A DNA stretch of 64,000 bases from Vitrella brassicaformis CCMP3155. Lineage: Eukaryota; Protista; Chromerida. A model generated the notes under the pieces. It saw only the letters and a list, made by a program, of their open reading frames with translations, did no database searches and was not told where the DNA came from. Location of the stretch: assembly GCA_001179505.1 (NCBI GenBank), contig CDMY01000411.1, positions 1 to 64,000 of the forward strand. The letters are read 5' to 3'. Positions 26,870 to 38,199 of the stretch are shown here, piece by piece (within the stretch, counting starts at the first letter, position 1; every line of letters begins with the position of its first letter). The position numbers and the translations under genes are program-made.

Positions 26870-27049
26870 TTTTCGACCTGGCCGGCCAGCCTGAGCTCGC
26901 AGCGCTCGAGCACAGACGGCGCTTTTCGGCACCCACCCGTGTCCCCTGGACACACCCACCCACCGGTCTCCCCGCGCGCACGTCGCGCTGTCGGGCTCGA
27001 GGCCGGATGGCTCTCTCCCATTTGACTCGGTACAGACAGGCTCAGACCA

Positions 27050-27135
27050 GGACAGGCAGGACAGGCAGGTCAGCAGCGACGGGATATCCGGGCTCGACGA
27101 GCGAGCCCGGACCCATGGATAGCGGAGGCGAGAGT
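27050..27135 (+). repeat. Dispersed hairpin-containing element, copy 1 (copy 2 at 33961-34072)
   Basis: GGACAGGCAGGACAGG..CAGCAGCGACGGGAT.TCCGGGCTCGACGAGCGAGCCC.GA..CATGG.TAGCGGAGGCGAGAGT; contains a 10-bp stem, TCCGGGCTCG/CGAGCCCGGA. Confidence 0.8.
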
Positions 27136-27267
27136 AGTGATGGAGGGTGGCTCTGGTGAGTGATTCACGGCGAGAAACCCCGCGTAAAACAGCATCGGGA
27201 TGACTCCGGCTGATGCGACATCTTTCTGTAAAGTGTGTCCTCGAGCTCCACCAAAGTCTTTCTGCAA

Positions 27268-29174
27268 ATGCAGCCTTTTCCGCTCTTCCCCGTTCTCCTT
27301 CTCCTTTCGTCCTCAACTCCCATTGCGAAAGCAGATCATCCCTTCAGCGGCCCTTCTGTCAACTGGTCAACCCTGCGAGATGAGCTGAATCACCTGTACC
27401 CGCCTTTTTACCTGTCGTCATCACAAAATGGACGGCATCCTTCGGGGCTGCTCGCATCAGCCCTGGTCAAGACCGCGATAGGCACTGAAGAGGCGATCAG
27501 ATGGCTGACATTGTCAGCAATGTCAGCCGGCAACGCATCTTCCTCACTGGCGATAGGCACCTTTGCGTCGTTCCTGCTGCACGCGCTGCACGCCACGGGA
27601 GAGCAGAACAGTGATGGCAGCAGCGCCCGTCGAGTCCTGCGGGCCATTGATCTGATGCGCTCCGGTCTGCCGCTTGAAGCGCTGCTGACTTCCGGCTGGC
27701 CAGTATTCAGCATGCTCATGCATTTCCGCTCCGTGGTTGATGCGGCTGGCCTTGAGAGTGATTCAGTGTGTGCGGCGGGCAGCTGGGACCTGTTGTCTGA
27801 GGGACTGGAGTCAATCGACTCAGTTGCGCGACATGAGGGCATCTCTGTGTCTCTGGCAAATCATCTCATGGAGATGGCATCCAACATATCAGTTGTGTCC
27901 CAGGGACTCACCATAGGTGAAAGGAGCGAAATGGACACCGCTCACTAAAGAGAAAATAAGCCATATTCATTTCTCTTTGTAGGTAAGATCAACGAGTGTC
28001 CTCCAGGGTCTATGGCTGCCTTGACCTTGTGGCTCTTGGCCGCACTCGGGAGCGGTGTTCCTGACTTGCCCCGCATTCTGCAAACCTATGTTTCCATTGC
28101 CGACGCACTGTGGCAATTCATGACGATCGAACAACTCACAAGCACGCGTACAAAAGCCGACTCACATCTGCACATACCGGCTGCGTTCGTCTCTTCTGCG
28201 TCTTGTTTTGGTGCGTCCACGTGTTTCAGGTTGGCGGATCTTGGAATTGCTTCAGCTTTTGGCTGCGCAGGCACTGAAGAGACAACAACAAGGCAAGCCA
28301 TAAGCAGAGAGTCATAAGTGTTCTCATTTCCCTACTCTGCCGCAGCCGTGTCTGAGAGTGCATTCCGGGACAAATACAAAGATTGGGATGCTCAATTCAC
28401 CGTTCTGATCACGACAATTTCCAGAACACGAACGGTCAATGTCAATCGTGTGATCCAGCTGTTTAAGACTGAACCAGCTGTCCGTGAGATCATCGTCTTA
28501 TGGAACAACGGGGAACAGGTATTTTACCCGACATGCATTCGCTTAGTCCATTTTCTCAATGCCTCCAGGACCCTCCATCGTTCGCGAATTCGTCACTTGT
28601 GCCTGTGCGAGTCATTACGCAGCCCAACAAGAACATCTCGAATCGGTGGAAGGTCGCTGCTTGTGAATCCAAGACGCCGCTTGTCTTCAATGTCGATGAC
28701 GACATCGTATTCGATGTGGCTGATATTCTGCGGATGTTCCTTGTCGCCCGGGCCTATCCCAACACTGTGGTCGGAACGATGGGGCGTTTCTTTGACCTGC
28801 AATCGCGTCAGTATTCTTTCCGTGGCTGGCCCTTGTTCAATATCGTGCTGCCCGGGTTTGCCTTTATCGGTGTCGAGACGCTTCGAGAATTTGTTCACGA
28901 GCGTGAATTACTGAAGTATTTTGACGCTGACGACGCCCACTGCGACGACATCTCTCTCAACTGGTTCATATCCATCAAGAAAAACCAAACGCTGATTGCC
29001 GTTCCAGGTGTCAGGGTGGGCGATGCGCCTCAAGCCAGTGAAGCAGGCGCGCTGTCCATGCACAAGGACCGCAGGGCTCTTCGGTCGCGCTGCTGCGAGT
29101 GGATCCTTAACTACTTCCGCAGCAACCACCTAAAGTTTGGTCGCTGGGTCTCTTCTTATCCTGATGTAGCCTGA
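27268..29174 (+). CDS. Gene A: shared N-terminal domain + GT64 (EXTL2-like) glycosyltransferase
   Basis: Signal peptide MQPFPLFPVLLLLSSS. Introns at 27917-27982, 28148-28229, 28293-28345 (GC-AG) and ~28519-28568. GT64 motifs FTVLITT, IIVLWN, NISNR, VFNVDDD, HCDDISLN, RSRCC..F. Confidence 0.85.
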
Positions 29175-29594
29175 GTGAATCTCTCTGCAATACGTCACAT
29201 ACGCTACGCGCCAAGAAGAGCGTGGCCGATGTAGGCCGCCCCGATAAGACAGTAGTGAGTAAAGGAGAAACAAATGATGGCAGGAAGGGTGTTTAGAGTT
29301 GTCGCCGAGACAGTCGATGAGAAATTTTCAATCTTCGCATGGGGGACTTTTTCTCCCTCTGCTTTTCAAGTGAATCATGTTTCTGTGTGACTCAGAGGGA
29401 GCGGCTCCAAGGCATAAATGGGCCGTATCTGCATATCTCCGAAGAAAAACAAAGACGATGAAATCGCAAGCTCCTGGTAGAGAAACATGCGCAACACATC
29501 CCCCGCCTAGTTCCGAAGCTGAATCATCCACCGAGGATTCGGCTTCTCCGCGAGTGCTTTTGGACAGCATTCAGCATCGAGGATGCTGGATGCC

Positions 29595-29644
29595 CTTTCT
29601 GAGTGGACGAAGCACCGGCTTTTCGCCGCACCTCGTCGGGTAGT
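29595..29644 (+). repeat. Dispersed repeat, copy 2 of the 25434-25499 motif
   Basis: Same motif, lacking ~16 nt found in the middle of copy 1. Confidence 0.75.
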
Positions 29645-29995
29645 TTAAGTACATGTATTAATGGATGTTTGTGTTGTCGCTCATTTAAGTTCCGTGCCAA
29701 CAGTCTTTTCGTCTGCGATCAGACAATCAATGACTGATTGTGTGTCCCACACTTGCTTTATTTTGTACGGACATGTGTGATCGACATCCATACACATGCA
29801 CTCAATGACAGCTGCATTCAATGACATGGGGAGGTCATTTTGTCACTCTGCGTGCATGTTTTGCTGGCCCCTTGGAAAAATTCGCAAATAAGTTCATAAC
29901 ATGACCGCTGGACAGCTGCTCTCAGCTTGCTGTGGTAGCACATCTAAGTGGGCCTTGTCTCGGAACAGCTCACCAATTTAGACTGCAAGCAAAAC

Positions 29996-32900
29996 CTACA
30001 AAACCAGGTGAAGATGCATAGCCATTTTAGTCACCTGGTTTTGGCATGTCGAGTGACCATGCAATAATGAAACCACGTCCACGTCCCACAACCGATGTTT
30101 CATCAGGGCCCTTTTCTTCATGGCCGCCCCTTGGACCCAATTGACATGCACCATCACCACGTCCTCTCGCTCCTGTCTCGTCAAGAAGTCAGAGGGAGGT
30201 GCACTTCGCATCTTCAAAAACACCCGACCTGATGGCAACAAGAGATACTGCGCTGACATGTACTTCGAAGGAACTTCAAACCTGATGGGAAGAGCTTTCG
30301 TGAGAGACTGGCGATAGACATGCTGTTTCTGAGATGTTTCACAGCTTCATTCAGATACGACTGATTGTAAGTAATGTTGCGTCTTGTCTCCTTGTGCATC
30401 AGCTGCCCCCACTGATCGAGGAGAGAAAGCGCTCCCTCTGTTGGCCGAAACAACATGAGACATGAACAGAAGCAGTTTGCGTCGATCTGGAGGGCGACGT
30501 CGAATCGCCTGGATGGCATAAAGTCAAGCGCGTTCCTGAGCCACACCATGTCAACATCGTTGTACAGGACCGTGTAGCCTCTTTGGACAATCTCGCGGAC
30601 GAAGAATGGCCTCGTCATGACAAGAGCCCCGAACGACTCCGTGTTGAAGCGTGTGGCAGCAACAGAGACACGCACCTCCTTCGGCGCGCGAACCACATTT
30701 TCGGGGAAGCTTGTAGATAGAAGATCGAAGCACCTGTCGTCGAGGCAAATGACCAAGAAGCTGTTTACGCCTTGCCTGTGGAGGCTCTTCGCCCAGTTGA
30801 TGGCGAAATCGACCTGCAAAGCAGAGGATCCAGGTGAATGTCTAGACACTGAGACAAGTGTGAATGGCTCACCATGCCCCTGTTGACGGTCGTCATGACG
30901 ATTGTGCCATCAGAATCAGCAACCGAAGCCAGCAGGTCAGAGGAAAGCCACCCAGTGGCGGCCGGCATTGTCGTGCCGTTCCTGTCTCCCGCAATTTCCC
31001 GTCCCTCTAGGTGACGCACTCTCGTCGAGCAAGAGTCAAGCGCATCTGCGTGCCTGCACCACATCCAGCAGTCGTTGCCCCCTTGTTTTCCCTTGCTCAT
31101 CACGACACCCCACAGCGGACCGAAGAGGCCCTCTGGGGGACAGTCCGGCTGCATCACAGGGATGACGTCATGAATGTCGGCTGGGTGACTGCACTGGAAG
31201 AGCCTCAAGAAGGCCGCAAGGGCCTCCGTCCTGTTGGTGGGCAGCTTGACGGCAGAAGAAGAGCCGATCCTGTCAAAGCCGCTGGGCAGGAGGAAGGCAG
31301 CGTAGCCGTTGGGACGCAGGACCCTCTCAATCTCTGTTTGAGTACTCACACACATACAAACGCAAGCCTAGGGATTCAAGGGCGGCTCACCGGCAGCGAA
31401 GCTGAATGGACAGTGTGTGCGGTCGAAGACATTGGCAAAAACGAAGTCGAAGGTGTGGTCTTCGAAGGGCAAGTTATGCATGTCGCCCCTGACCACCAGT
31501 GGAGGCCTCTCCACCAGATCGACACCAATGGCGTGCCGCACGCCGGCTTGGTACAATGCGCGCACCTCTTCCCCTGTTGACGCGCCAATGCTGAGGGCAT
31601 GCGAGTCGCGCGTGAGGTAGCCGGCAGACCAATAGCGATCAAACAATCGCACATGCATGTACCTATAACCAGACCAACTACAAGGGTCAACACCTCGAGA
31701 CAAACAAGCGGCGTGCATACCTGATCCACTCGAGCATATCGACGGAGAGCTGTCCTGAAGCGTGCTGCCCACCTAAAATACTGCTTCTCACGTCGGCGCC
31801 CTCCTCCTGTGTGGCGACGTATTCGTCTTGCGCGCTCCCATTCACGGACGCATTGAGGTGGCTGCTGAGGGCAGACTGACACATTTCCGTTGTCTTTCGG
31901 GCTGCCTCCCGGCCGATGCTCTCTCGTTGGCTAATGGAATCCATGATAAAGCAGCTATCATTGGCGACACTGGGACGCAGGAGACGCTGGGCATCAAAAG
32001 AGGGCGTCTCTTGTGGACTCGTATATCGCTTGTCCGCCCTCCAGATGTGTAAGCACTCGTCGGCCGCACCGTCGAGGTCGTGTAAAACTGACATATTCCT
32101 GAGGAGAGGCAAGCCATTTCCGATGATATATCTGCCTAGATCCCCAGCTCACCTTTGGGTATGGTCAGTATGGAGAATATCGAGGAGGTCCAGCACGGGC
32201 CACTCTGAGACAAACAAGGCATGCCAGCCGGTCAGCCAAATACAGTTTTAACTTACTGGTGCTCAGTAAGGTCCGCAGAGGGATCTGCCTGATGATGTCT
32301 CTCAACGCATCTACGAGAGTGATTTTTCGGTCGACATTTTGAACCATGGCTGCCGAGATGAGGGCCAGCGGGCACTTGTCAAAATAGCGAGGGGCGTCTA
32401 CGGGAGAGAAAGAGACACTCTGCCTTTCAGCAATCAGATCCTCTGTGGGCCTCCGTGTACCTTTGGTGACCTCCCGGCCGAGTCGAGCCACCTCATTTGC
32501 ATGCTCTCGCAGAAGGGCCGCTGGCGGCTGGCCACCACTCATTTGCTCTTGCCATGTGCTTACAAGTGCTATGAGAGAGCTGTAAAATGTGCGAAGTGCT
32601 GAGGACTTGTGAAAGAGAGGACAGTCGTTCGAGTCAATATCAGGGAGGCCCTCTTTCAACAGAGCAAGCATCCTAAACAAGAGACAGAACAGATCAGGGA
32701 AGGCATCGGTCCTCTGCGCTAACCTGACGATTGGCCATGTTGTGTTGAGTATGTGGGAAGCGAGACCCAATTGGTCGTACATCTCGTCGAGCTCAGCCAG
32801 GGCGTGTGACATGTACTGCTCGAGGGACGCGATGACAGCGTCATTCTGAGGCGGATGGACGGCAAAGAACAGTCGTGCCACGAAGACAACCACGGGGCTG

Positions 32901-33235
32901 TCAGGTTCCTGTGAGATCGAGTTCCAGTCTGTCGATTCAATAGTATTACGTCGAAGGATCTTCGCACTTTCTCTTGCTGCGCATCCAAGGGACAGCTGCC
33001 TGTCAAACAAAGCAACCCCCTCTGATTGAATGCCGGTTGAATAGTCGGCTATATTGTGGACTGCGTTTTTTTGTTGGCGGACACTGAGTCTCTGCCAAAG
33101 GGGAAGGGTCTGGCTGGGAAACAGTTGCTGGAGATGATCATGGAGAAGTGAAACATCAAAAGATTGGTTGGCACACACACATGATCCTAGGGCTCCAATA
33201 ATGAGGACCACTCCGAGTTTGGCATGCATCATCAT
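29996..33235 (-). CDS. Gene D: shared N-terminal domain + class I SAM methyltransferase + GT77 nucleotide-diphospho-sugar transferase
   Basis: Signal peptide MHAKLGVVLIIGALGSCVCA. MTase motifs ALSIGASTGEEVRAL, GVDLVERPPLVVRGDMHNLPFEDHTFDFVFANVFD and EIERVLRPNG. GT77 motifs GYTVLYNDVDMVWLRN, NQSYLN, LFPSG and VHVNWVQG..K. Confidence 0.85.
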
Positions 33236-33960
33236 GATGATCTACTTCACGACCCCCCAAAGCCGGGGGAGTGCTCTAGGCTAGTTTTTCCGACCGCGAA
33301 TCGCATAGTGATGTGAGGGCGCATGTAGCGCGGGGGGGTCTATGTGTATGTCTTGCCGCCCTTCTGGTTGCCTTGAAGTTCTTGTTTTTCCTGCGGTGAT
33401 GATATTATGTGTATGGGCGTGCTCTTGGGGTGTCTACGAATCGGCTGCCTGCCGCCCCTCTCCGGTGCGCTCGAATTTCATACACCCCTTTTGTTGCCGA
33501 AAAATGCGCTCGGCACATCACATTGACTGGTTGATTAATTGATTGGTTCATATACGTATCATCCCGACTGTCTGTCTCTGTGAATGAATGTCGTGCCTCT
33601 GCCGACACTGTCTGGCTGTTTGTCTGGATGAATTATGTATGCATGTCTCTATGTGTTGTGTGTAACCTTATGTCTGTCTTATGTGTGCGTGCGTGTATGT
33701 GTGTAAGTGTGAAGGCAAATGGACTGTGCGGACAATACAAACGAGTGTTCTCCACTTCGATGTGTGAAGGACATTGGTTTGTGATTCAACGGGTTGCAAC
33801 CCAAAGTTTCTCCTCCTTCTTTTTGGCGGCTTTTAAAATGGTTCCGTTTTGTTTGTCAGATTTTTCAAATTTCTCCTCAATTTCTTATTTGTTTGCGTTG
33901 TTTTAAATATTTCTCGGCGTCGGCTTTGGGACGTTTCAGGGGAAGAGGCTTGCACGGGGT

Positions 33961-34072
33961 GGACAGGCAGGACAGGGCTCAGCAGCGACGGGATGTCCGG
34001 GCTCTGTCCGGGCTGGCTCGTCGTCCGGGCTCGACGAGCGAGCCCAGACACATGGGTAGCGGAGGCGAGAGT
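33961..34072 (+). repeat. Dispersed hairpin-containing element, copy 2 with an internal expansion
   Basis: Aligns to 27050-27135, with extra TGTCCGGGCTGGCTCGTCG-type sequence inserted. Confidence 0.8.
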
Positions 34073-34681
34073 GTCCAGAATTGCTAACAGAGGTACGTGG
34101 AGCTGTCAGTTAGGTCCTTTGTCCAGCCCGTGAAACGGCTCACCTCTCAGTCAACTCTCAGTGCGCCTTTTGGCTCTATCGTCGCGGCCTTAATTACGTT
34201 GCGCCGCAGCGTTTCGGGTGCCAACGTTATTGCGCGAAGCAGCATCGCGCGAAGCAGCACCGCGCAAAGCCGCGTGTGTGCATTCAGAACAGCGGAACGA
34301 TCGTTGGGGTTCAAAGGTCCACGACACGGTGTTTGCATGGAAGTATGCGGAGTCTTCTCCCTCGTGGGACCGGTGGGTCCCGGGCGGACGAGCAGACAGA
34401 AGGCATTGGTGTCGCGAAATGCGAAGGAGAACTCCACGATGATAAAGGCGTCGGACTGTCGTAACGAGACGATGTTGCGTCAAAATTGGGAGCCTCGGCG
34501 TGGAAAAACAGAACGAAGGTGTGTTGTACATGTGCGTCATGGCGACGTCAGTCAAGACAGTACGGGCGCCGACTACTACCGATGCCAACAGCCTACTTCA
34601 AAGCAATTGAAGGAGGCGTTGTTGAAGTAGGCTTTGTTGACTGTTGAAGCATGAGAATCCTAGGAGGCGTTGTTGAAGTAC

Positions 34682-34932
34682 CACGGCGTCCGAACGAAAG
34701 GTGAAGACTGGTCGGATGGAAAAAACGAGGTGATATTTTGCGACTTGACGCTCGTTCGACATGATAAAAGCAGAGGTGCGTATTATGTCCACGATTGGTG
34801 AACCAGATCAGTGTCGTTGTACACGGTCTCCGAACCAAAGGTGTAGACTGGTCGGAATGGGAAAAACGAGGTTACAGTTCGCGACTTGACGCTCGTTCGA
34901 CATGATAAAAGCAGAGGTGCTTATTATGTCCA
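34682..34932 (+). repeat. Tandem duplication with 140-bp period
   Basis: Copies at ~34682-34791 and ~34822-34932 share the identical 40-mer GCGACTTGACGCTCGTTCGACATGATAAAAGCAGAGGTGC. Confidence 0.85.
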
Positions 34933-35562
34933 ATTGATTATGTCCAAATCCTCGTTCTCATACGTTCCTGCGTTGTTCGCTTACGGCAATGTCGTCTACA
35001 CCACTTTTTGGCACTCTCCGATGCCGTGGTGGACCGTTACCCAGCCTCTCTTTCGGCTCGAGCCCATGTCTCATCATTCTTGAACACGAATACAATACCT
35101 TGCGGCGGCGCGTTGAAACCAACAATCGGAGTGTGTCGGCTCACTAGGAAGAATACGGTGCATTTCGGCCAAATGCCGCACTCGGCGCCATTCTTGTACA
35201 ATTGTTGGTTTCAAACAAGTGGTGGACCTACATGTGGCGTGTGGCTCGACCATCTGCGCGCTTCGTCCTGGTCTTGGTGGATGATCGAGAAAATGGGGTG
35301 TCTGATGCTCAGCCGTTCCCCGAAACGGTGAGCGATAATGGGAACGCCTCAGCAGCGACCCGCGGTGTACCCTGATGAGTCGTTTTCGTGGCTTCCGAAT
35401 GCTCCCCGCGACGAGGAGACCTTGCGCAAGACGGTTTTAGGAGCTTGGAACTCATCGCTATTGCCAGTTGCAAGGCATGATTGGGTCCTGTTGCAGCGCG
35501 AACGAGTGTGGCTAGGGTCGGTCGCAAAAGTTGTGGTGGAGGTTAAGTCAACGCGAGCGAAT

Positions 35563-38160
35563 ATGGAGCGTGTAGGATTATTCTTCTGTATCCTCACTGT
35601 TTTCCTTCCTTTCCTCTCCGCGCTGGACAGCCATTTCAGTCCGCGGGACGAACTCCGTCAGCTGTACCCGCCGTTCTACACTCGTGGAAATCACAGCTCT
35701 TCCGAGCTGCTCGCGTCAGCCCTTGGCAAGACCACAACGGGCGCCGAAGAGGCGGTCAGATGGCTGACATCCGGCAACGCATCTTCCCCACTGGCGATAG
35801 GCACCTTTGCGTCGTTCCTGCTGCACGCCCTGCACGCCTTGGCAGAGCCAGACAACGGTGACAGCGCCCGTCGAGTGCTGCGCGCCATCGATCTGATGCG
35901 CTCCCGTCTGCCGCTTGAAGCGCTGCTGACTTCCGGCTGGCCAGTATTCAGCATGCTCATGCATTTCCGCTCCGTGGTTGATGCGGCTGGCCTTGAGAGT
36001 GATTCAGTGTGTGCGGCGGGCAGCTGGGACCTGTTGTCTGAGGGACTGGAGTCAATCGACTCAGTTGCGCGACATGAGGGCATCTCTGTGTCTCTGGCAA
36101 ATCATCTCACGGAGATGGCATCCAACATATCAGTTGTGTCCCAGGGACTCACCATAGGTGAAAGGAGCGAAATGGACACTGCTCACTTAAGAGAAAATAA
36201 GCCATATTCATTTCTCTTTGTAGGTAAGATCAACGAGTGTCCTCCAGGGTCTATGGCTGCATTGACCTTGTGGCACTTGGTGGCCGCACTGAGGAGCGGT
36301 GTTCCTGACTTGCCCCGTATTCTGCAAACCTATGTTTCCATTGCCGACGCACTGTGGCAATTCATGACGATCGAACAACTCACAAGCACGCGTACAAAAG
36401 CCGACTCGCATCTGCACATACCGGCTGCGTTCGTCTTGTGTTGGTGCACGTGTTTTAGGCTGGCGGATCTTAGAATGGCTCCAGCTTTTGGCAACTCAGG
36501 CGCCGAAAAAACAACAGCAAGGCAAGCCATAAGCAAAGATTAGTCTTCGGTGGTCCCACTTCTCCCTGCTCTGCCGCCCAGCCATGCCGCCCAGCCATGC
36601 CTCGAGGCAAGAGAGGTCCCGTGGCGTGTCGATCGACCAGTCAAGTGGGACTCACTTGGAATCGTCCTGCAGCAGATCCTGTTCGGCCTCGAATGGAACC
36701 TGTTTCCTTGGCACCTGTCTGTGCTTCCCGGGCAAGTCGTAAAATCCCCACATGTTCTTATCTGGCAATTTCTCTGTTGGCAGGCTACACAGGTCAGAAC
36801 TGCAGTCAGATGCTTGAGGGGCACACAAAAGAGTGCGGTCCATATGTAAGGCGCCCGGGAGGGTATACACTGGGAGTTAGGGCCGCGTACCATGGGGAGA
36901 CATACTCTGGGTCTGTGGATCTGTCAGGACGATCGATGTTGTTTCCATCCTGATTACGGCGTGGCGCAAGTACCGTGCTCGCGATGGCGCAGCGCACAGC
37001 AGTTCGAGAAAACGACTTGGTACCTGAGAAAGACTGACCACGACCGAAACTTGCAACACGCAGCGAGCTACGACAACTACCGCAGTTTGCCTGCCCAATT
37101 GGGCAAGGTGCTTGAGATGGGTTGTGGTCCGTTCACCCAGCTGAAGACACTCCTGGATGCGCGGCCGGATGTGACGGTGGAAAGCATTACGTTGGCGGAT
37201 CCACTGGCGTTTCACTATATGGATGGCGTAGAAAAATGTTCGTACCGCGAAGGCACGTTGAGAGGTTGGCCAACCCGCGTGATTTCGTTGCCGAATGAGT
37301 ACCTCTCCCTTGAAGAGCGGTTCGATACGATTGTGATGATCAACGTCATTGAACATGTCATCGATGGCCTTACTTTGTTGCACAAGGCATTCTCGTTACT
37401 CTCTGACGGGGGAGTCTTGGTTTGGCATGAGAAGCTTAGGGACTCGTACAAGGGCTCGGCAATACTCTGCGAACAAGACGGTTGGCATTCATGCGGTCGA
37501 GAATTCGATTTGCATCCCATCCGCATCAAATCGAGCTTGGCAGACAGGTTTGTTGATTTATTCGACAGCTTGTACGACGAGCGGAATGCGGTTGAAACAC
37601 GAAGAGTGCGCAGCTTCACGGGCGCCGGCGGCATTTACTATATTGGGCGGAAGTTAGGCACAGGACGTCCACACCCTCCTCACTTTCCCTACGAGAGCGG
37701 CTGCATCGAGTCGCGTATCCCTCGTCTTGTCTCCATTGTAATTTACGCCGCGAAAGAAACCTCTCCAACTGGGGCTCTCCAGGAGACGATAAAGACATAC
37801 GTCGAGAGCGTGTTGGTTGATCGGGTCGTTCTCGTGTTCCGTGCAGGGCAACAGCTGCCTAAGCTGGAACGTTTTGCATCAAAGCTGATTCTCATAGGAG
37901 TTTCGTCGCCGGAACGCATTGATGTTTTCTACAGGCAAATTGCGGCTTCGTTGTCTCTCGACCCGGTTCTTTTGTCCCCCACCGACTCGTCAGCACTCAA
38001 CGACGACGAGCTGATCGAAGTGTTCCGCGCATTCAACAATGGTCTGGCCGGAAACCGAGCTCGAGGTGCTCTTCTGGTCCACCGCAAGGAGATGACTGCC
38101 AAAACCGTTGAAACTCTTCTCCCCGGACTACACTGTGCTGTTCTCGGTGTCTGCCTTTGA
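35563..38160 (+). CDS. Gene B: shared N-terminal domain + EGF-like + class I SAM methyltransferase + degenerate GT64-like domain
   Basis: Signal peptide MERVGLFFCILTVFLPFLSA. Spliced EGF-like CSRSCSASNGTCFLGTCLCFPGYTGQNC. MTase motifs VLEMGCGP, FDTIVMINVIEHV and LLSDGGVLVWHE. The tail resembles the start of gene A's GT64 but lacks DDD. Confidence 0.8.
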
Positions 38161-38199
38161 TGACACCCGTGCGAGACAGATCGTCCGGCATTGACAGGA

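Noticed and set aside
27946-27948. TAA in gene A where gene B has TTA, suggesting A is a pseudogene
   Set aside because: It lies inside a 66-nt GT-AG intron (27917-27982) whose position is matched by an intron in gene C.
35338-35562. N-terminal ORF extensions of genes B (from 35338) and C (from 60462)
   Set aside because: The signal peptide starts at MERVG in both; the upstream open frame is more likely 5' UTR or promoter.
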